From contig PHBI01000006.1 of the NCBI GenBank assembly GCA_002841945.1, positions 453 to 64,452 of the forward strand: a stretch of 64,000 nucleotides of DNA, read 5' to 3'. Positions within the stretch are counted from its first letter, which is position 1; every line of letters begins with the position of its first letter. The DNA is from Deltaproteobacteria bacterium HGW-Deltaproteobacteria-14. GTDB taxonomy: Bacteria; Myxococcota_A; UBA9042; PHBI01. Below are positions 59,270-64,000 of the stretch, piece after piece. The notes under the pieces are model-generated. The model was not told the origin of the DNA and searched no databases. It saw only the letters and a program-made list of their open reading frames with translations. The position numbers and the translations under genes are program-made.

Positions 59270-59677
59270 GTCCCTCCGAGGTTCTCGCGCGGCGCGTACT
59301 GTACCAGCGACCCTCGCGACCTGTGCATGAAAATCCCCATAACCCGTGACTCACGCCCGAGTCACCTCCGGGAGACCCGCCTGGCACGCGGGGCCGCCCC
59401 TGCCGCGCCGAGACGGTTGCGGTGCATCATCGGATCGCCTGGGGGGGCGGGGCCTCCGGGCGCTCGGCTCGAGGCGGCAGAGATCGGAGAAATGCCCGGC
59501 CCGGGCCGTCCGTTTCGTGGCCAGCGCGGCGCGGTCGGGGTATTCGCTCGAGAGGGCTCGGCGATCCCGTCCAGGGCCGTGGCTGGGAGGCGGACACCGC
59601 AGCGCCGCCCGCCGGTTGAGCGCGAGTGCGACGCACACAACGGCAGCACCGCAAGAGATCCCGATAGGAGCCGAGGT

Positions 59678-60352
59678 ATGACGCAAACGCACAAGGCGCG
59701 GTCGCGCGCCCTGCCCTGCCTGATCGCGGCGACGCTGCTCGCGAGCGCCTGTGGCGAGGCCGACCCGCCGGCGGCGGGGACGAACACCGGCCCGCCGGTG
59801 GCCCGCGCCGACGCGCCGGCCGCGAGCCCGGCAGACCTCGGCGCGGCGCCGGTCCCGAGCGACCCGCGAGACCCGGTGGCGGTGGCGCTCCCGGCGGACG
59901 AGCTCGAGCTCGGGGCGGAGCCGGACGACGCCCCGCACGTCGACAAGGCGCTGCGCATCGCGGCCCCGCGGGACGGGGACCGGGTGATCGGGCGCGGCTT
60001 CGTCATCGACGGGGTCCCGGACGACGTGACGGTCTACTGGCCGCAGGGCGACGAGGGCGAGAACGTCTACGTGATCTACGACGGCGGCCTCGACCACGTC
60101 GCGACCATCGTCGAGGCGCCGGTGGCGACGCCGGGCCCGGCGCGCTTCGACCCGGCCGAGGTCCGCTGGGCGGCGACGCGGGGCTTCGAGGTGTGGCCGT
60201 CGGACTTCGCGGCGGGCCAGCAGCAGCGCGGCCCCGGGCGGACGGCGGCCTTCGACGGCCCGCGCTTTCGCTACCGCCTCGACGCGCTCGTCGCGCTGCC
60301 GTGGCTCACGGGGGGCTTTCGCTATCGGGTCGATCCGCCTCCCGGGACGTGA
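59678..60352 (+). CDS. Hypothetical lipoprotein
   Basis: Lipobox ASAC, Pro/Ala linker, RIAAPRDGDRV; GAGGT upstream. Confidence 0.65.
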   Translation: MTQTHKARSRALPCLIAATLLASACGEADPPAAGTNTGPPVARADAPAASPADLGAAPVPSDPRDPVAVALPADELELGAEPDDAPHVDKALRIAAPRDGDRVIGRGFVIDGVPDDVTVYWPQGDEGENVYVIYDGGLDHVATIVEAPVATPGPARFDPAEVRWAATRGFEVWPSDFAAGQQQRGPGRTAAFDGPRFRYRLDALVALPWLTGGFRYRVDPPPGT

Positions 60353-60836
60353 CGGCGGCGCCCCGCGGGGTGGTCGGGATGCGCGCGATCCAGGTCACGA
60401 GCGCGAGCCCGAGGGCGCCCATCAGCAGGCGCCCCCAGAGCGGGCGCACGGCGAAGGCGATGGAGCTCGCGAAGGTGACGACGACGACCCCGATCGCGAT
60501 CCCGCGGACTCGGCGCGGGATGGTGCGGGTCGTGCGCCAGGCGTAGACCGACGGGCCGATGACGCCGTTCGACAGCACCGCGTCGTAGAGGCGCGGGGAC
60601 GCGCGCACGAAGCAGGCCGCCGCGAGGAGCACGAAGGGCGTCGTCGGGAGCACCGGCACGACGATCCCGATGAGGCCGAGCGCGAGCAGGAGCGCGCCGG
60701 CGACGACGAGCGCCCCGCGCACCCACGGTGAGGTGTGGGCGCGAGCGTCCGCGGCGAAGCGGCCGCGGCGCCGTTCCCAGGCGGCACGGACCGGGTCTCG
60801 CCCGTCCCCCGCCCGCTCATGCTGCATTGCACACAA
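60306..60836 (-). CDS. YbaN/DUF454-family membrane protein
   Basis: LGLIGIVVPVLPTTPFVLLAAACF.RASPR; start uncertain. Confidence 0.88.
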   Translation of the reverse strand: MCAMQHERAGDGRDPVRAAWERRRGRFAADARAHTSPWVRGALVVAGALLLALGLIGIVVPVLPTTPFVLLAAACFVRASPRLYDAVLSNGVIGPSVYAWRTTRTIPRRVRGIAIGVVVVTFASSIAFAVRPLWGRLLMGALGLALVTWIARIPTTPRGAAVTSREADRPDSESPP

Positions 60837-60894
60837 AGCCCACCGCCTCCGCCGCTGGTCGAGCCACTCGATAGCACATCCCGGGCGCCGTCCG

Positions 60895-62943
60895 TCACGC
60901 GCTCGCGAGGCGCTCGCGCAGCTCGTCGGGGGTGCGCGCCGGGAGCAGGCAGGCGTCCCCGATGCACACGAGGGCCTCGGGCGCGCTCAGCTCGCGCCGT
61001 CCATCGAGGATCGACCACGGGAGCCCCTCGTGACCGGCGACCGGGACGACCTGGAGCCCGGCCCGGGTGCTGGCCCGGGCGGTCGCGAGGAGCGCGTCGG
61101 TCGCCTCCCCCTGCCCCGCGACGACCACGGTCATGGTCGAGGTCCGCTCGAGCCACGCCAGCAGCAGCGTCGCGCACGCCGTCGGCGCCTGGGCCACGAT
61201 CGGCGCCTGGACCGTCAGGATGCCGTCCTGGGCGACCCGCCAGCGCTCGTCGCCGGTCAGCGCGAACAGGCGCCCGAACCCGACCGCGAGGCCGTGGAGC
61301 CCCGACGGGTAGGCGTTGTCGGTGTGCTCGCGGCTGCGGCGGATGAGGTCGCCGCGACCCGCCGGGGTCGTATAGAAGCCCCCATCGGGCGCGGCGAGGC
61401 GCTCGATCGCCTCGGCCGCCACGCGCTCGGCCAGCGCGACGAGCCCCGGATCCCCGAGGAGGCCGTAGGCGTCGGTGAGCCCCATGAGCAGGTGGCCGTA
61501 GTCGGTCACGAAGGCGGGCCGGCCCGGCATCCGCACGAGGCCCGCGGCCGTGACCCGCCGCGAGAGGACCTCCGCCAGCTCGCGGGCCGCCGCGACGAAG
61601 CGCGCCTCGCCGGTGTGGCGCGCGAGCAGCGCGAAGGCCCGCAGGGCGAGCCCGTTCAGATCGGTCAGCACCTTGTCGTCGCGCCCGGGCCGCGGTCGCG
61701 ATGACCGAGCCTCGCGCAGCGTCGGCAGCCACCGCTCCCAGCTCGCGCGCAGGGCCTGCGCGTCGCCCCCGGGGGCCAGCTCGGCCAGCGCCGCCCTGCG
61801 CGGCTGCGGGATGTGCGAGGTCACGGGCTCCATGTGCCCGCTCGGCCCGCGGTGCGCGACCCCGGGCGCGACGTCCCAGGCCGCGATCAGCGCCTCGGCG
61901 GCGTCCGCGGGCAGCGCCGCGCGGAGCTGATCGGGGCTCCACGCGTAGAAGCTCCCCTCGCCGCCCGGATCGTCAGCGTCCTCCGCGCTCGCGTAGCCGA
62001 CGAACGCGCCGCCGTCGTCGTAGACGCGCATGTCGCGGAGCAGGTAGTCGGCGGCGTTCGTCGCCGTGCGCGTGAAGTCGGCCCGCCCCAGCAGCGCCCC
62101 CGCGACGGCGTAGTCGCCGATGAGCTGGGCGTTGTCGTAGAGCATCTTCTCGAAGTGGGGCACCCGCCACGTCTCCTCGACGCTGTAGCGGTGAAAGCCC
62201 CCGCCGACGCGATCGTGGATCCCGGCGTCCTGCATCGCCTCGAGGACGGCCTCGCCCATGCGCCTGCCGTCCTGCGCGGCGCCGTCGCCGGCGCGGCGCA
62301 CGAGCACCTCGAGGAGCTGGCTCGGGGGGAACTTCGGGCGCCCGGAGAAGCCCGGGTCCGCGCCGTCCCAGGTGCGCTCGAGGGACGCGTCGAGGCGCTC
62401 CCAGACGTCCCCCGGCAGCGCTGCCTGGTCACCTGTCGACTCGGCCATGAGCAGCAGGTGATCGGTGAGGCGCTGGGCCGTCGCGTGGACCCGCGGGCGG
62501 TCCCGTTGCCAGACGTCGGAGAGCTGCTGGACCAGCGAGCGCCACTGCTCGCGCGGGAAGTAGGTGCCGGCGAAGAACGGCCGCCCGTCGTGGTCGACGA
62601 CCGCGTTGAGCGGCCAGCCCCCGTGTCCGGTGAGCGCCTGCACGGCGTCCATGTAGATCTCGTCGACCTCGGGGTGCTCCTCGCGATCGACCTTGATGTT
62701 CACGAAGAGCGCGTTCATGAGCGCCGCCGTCTCGGCGTCCTCGAAGCACTCGTGCGCCATCACGTGACACCAGTGGCAGGTGCTGTAGCCGATCGACACC
62801 AGCACGGGGACGTCGCGCCGCCGCGCCTCGGCGAAGGCGGCGCCCGACCACTCGACCCAGGCGACCGGGTTGTGGGCGTGCTGCTGGAGGTAGGGGCTCT
62901 GGGCGTGGATGAGCGCGTTCGGAGCGCCGGCGGGCTGGCTCAC
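60895..62943 (-). CDS. YyaL/SSP411-like thioredoxin-domain protein
   Basis: N.L....[49 protein letters not shown]. Confidence 0.93.
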   Translation of the reverse strand: MSQPAGAPNALIHAQSPYLQQHAHNPVAWVEWSGAAFAEARRRDVPVLVSIGYSTCHWCHVMAHECFEDAETAALMNALFVNIKVDREEHPEVDEIYMDAVQALTGHGGWPLNAVVDHDGRPFFAGTYFPREQWRSLVQQLSDVWQRDRPRVHATAQRLTDHLLLMAESTGDQAALPGDVWERLDASLERTWDGADPGFSGRPKFPPSQLLEVLVRRAGDGAAQDGRRMGEAVLEAMQDAGIHDRVGGGFHRYSVEETWRVPHFEKMLYDNAQLIGDYAVAGALLGRADFTRTATNAADYLLRDMRVYDDGGAFVGYASAEDADDPGGEGSFYAWSPDQLRAALPADAAEALIAAWDVAPGVAHRGPSGHMEPVTSHIPQPRRAALAELAPGGDAQALRASWERWLPTLREARSSRPRPGRDDKVLTDLNGLALRAFALLARHTGEARFVAAARELAEVLSRRVTAAGLVRMPGRPAFVTDYGHLLMGLTDAYGLLGDPGLVALAERVAAEAIERLAAPDGGFYTTPAGRGDLIRRSREHTDNAYPSGLHGLAVGFGRLFALTGDERWRVAQDGILTVQAPIVAQAPTACATLLLAWLERTSTMTVVVAGQGEATDALLATARASTRAGLQVVPVAGHEGLPWSILDGRRELSAPEALVCIGDACLLPARTPDELRERLASA

Positions 62944-62990
62944 TGGGACCTCTCGGGGCGGCGGGCTGGGCCCTAAGCGATAAACACGCC

Positions 62991-64000
62991 CTAACCGCCG
63001 ACCACCACAACGATCACGATGTTCGGCGCCGGATCGTCGGGGCGCTGGCGGACCGCGACGCCGACCCGCCCGTAGTCGCCGGTGAAGAGCTCCTCGGGCA
63101 GCTGCACCCGGTCGAGCTCGGAGACGCGGGCGGTCCACGCGAACGCCCCGCGCGAGCCGAGCCCCGCGTCCTTGACCCGGGCGAGCACCCCGCTCGGGGA
63201 CGGGGCCGCGCTCCGGACCTCCGCGTCGGCGACCCGGGCGAGCTCGGCGTCCACGGCGTACGCCGCCCGCCCGCGCACCCGCGCGCCCTCCGCCACCAGC
63301 GCCTCGACCGCCGCGCGCCCAGCCGCCGGCGTCACCGCGGGCACCGGCCGGCCGAAGACCTGGGTCACGAGCCACTGCCGACGCCCGTGGGACGGCCGAT
63401 GCGCGACGCCGATCCCGACCCGGGTGAAGTCGGGGCCGAGGATGTTCCGGCGGTGCCCGAGGCTGTAGTAGAGGCCCTGCTCGGCGTCGTACAGGCTCGG
63501 GTTGGCCGCGATGTTCTCGCCGTGGGTGACCGTCGGGTAGCGGGCGGCGACCAGGCGGTCGGTCACCGTCCCGGTGGTGGGCGAGCGGTGGCCGAAGAAG
63601 GCGTGATCGCGCATGTCCGCGCTGTGTGCGCGCGCGACGCGGCTCAGCGCGGGATCGAGGGTCAGCGGGGGCAGGCCGCTCCTGGCGCGGTCCGCCTGGA
63701 GCAGCGCCAGGGCTCGGACCTCGGCGGCGGCGTCGTCCTGGATGGCGCGCTCGTCGGGGGGCCAGTGGCCGTCGAAGCGCTCGGGGAGCGGGCGGCCGAT
63801 CGACAGCTCGAGCTGCGCGAGCGGGGTCGGGCCGTGGGGCAGCGTGGCGACCAGCTCGAGGAGCCACGCCCCCGCCCGGTTCGGCGCCCGGAGCGTGGCG
63901 GTGAAGCGCTCGCCGTCGGCCTCCACCGGGGTCACCACAAACACCCCGTCGGGCCCGAAGGACAGGACCTCCGGGCGCTCGGCGCCCTGGGGCAGCGCCC
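62991..64000 (-). CDS. CAP (SCP/PR-1) domain protein; 5' end outside the window
   Basis: R...GL.PL, AR.HS.DM....FFGH, GENIA, S.GHR.NIL, VGIGV, VTQVF. Confidence 0.88.
   Translation of the reverse strand, partial: ALPQGAERPEVLSFGPDGVFVVTPVEADGERFTATLRAPNRAGAWLLELVATLPHGPTPLAQLELSIGRPLPERFDGHWPPDERAIQDDAAAEVRALALLQADRARSGLPPLTLDPALSRVARAHSADMRDHAFFGHRSPTTGTVTDRLVAARYPTVTHGENIAANPSLYDAEQGLYYSLGHRRNILGPDFTRVGIGVAHRPSHGRRQWLVTQVFGRPVPAVTPAAGRAAVEALVAEGARVRGRAAYAVDAELARVADAEVRSAAPSPSGVLARVKDAGLGSRGAFAWTARVSELDRVQLPEELFTGDYGRVGVAVRQRPDDPAPNIVIVVVVGG

Overview
Very GC-rich (roughly 70-75%) bacterial chromosomal window, most likely Myxococcota. That assignment is inferred from a MYXO-CTERM-type tail, three Hanks-type Ser/Thr kinases, mevalonate-pathway genes and many Asp/Thr/Pro-linker lipoproteins. 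It holds about 50 CDS, a tRNA-Sec (selC) and housekeeping genes (gcvT/H/PA, pepD, folD, pncA, lgt, dusB, fni, mvaA, two hsp20). I saw no CRISPR array, rRNA, integrase or transposase. The best candidate for an under-described system is a tightly coupled 7-gene minus-strand operon (3294-10733). It encodes a PspA/IM30 (bacterial ESCRT-III) protein, a solute-binding protein fused to an OmpA-C domain, a NitT/TauT ABC permease and ATPase, a membrane coiled-coil protein, a Vps4/Cdc48-like AAA+ ATPase and a small helical protein. Other points of interest are two decayed copies of an unnamed 'KVYWNVALG' domain, a recurring TG(C/T)TGCR-N-YGCA(R)CA palindrome, a GH16 with four Cys/aromatic repeats, and kinase-Cache receptors. 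All calls come from reading motifs by eye; no database searches were run, and refined start codons are my estimates.
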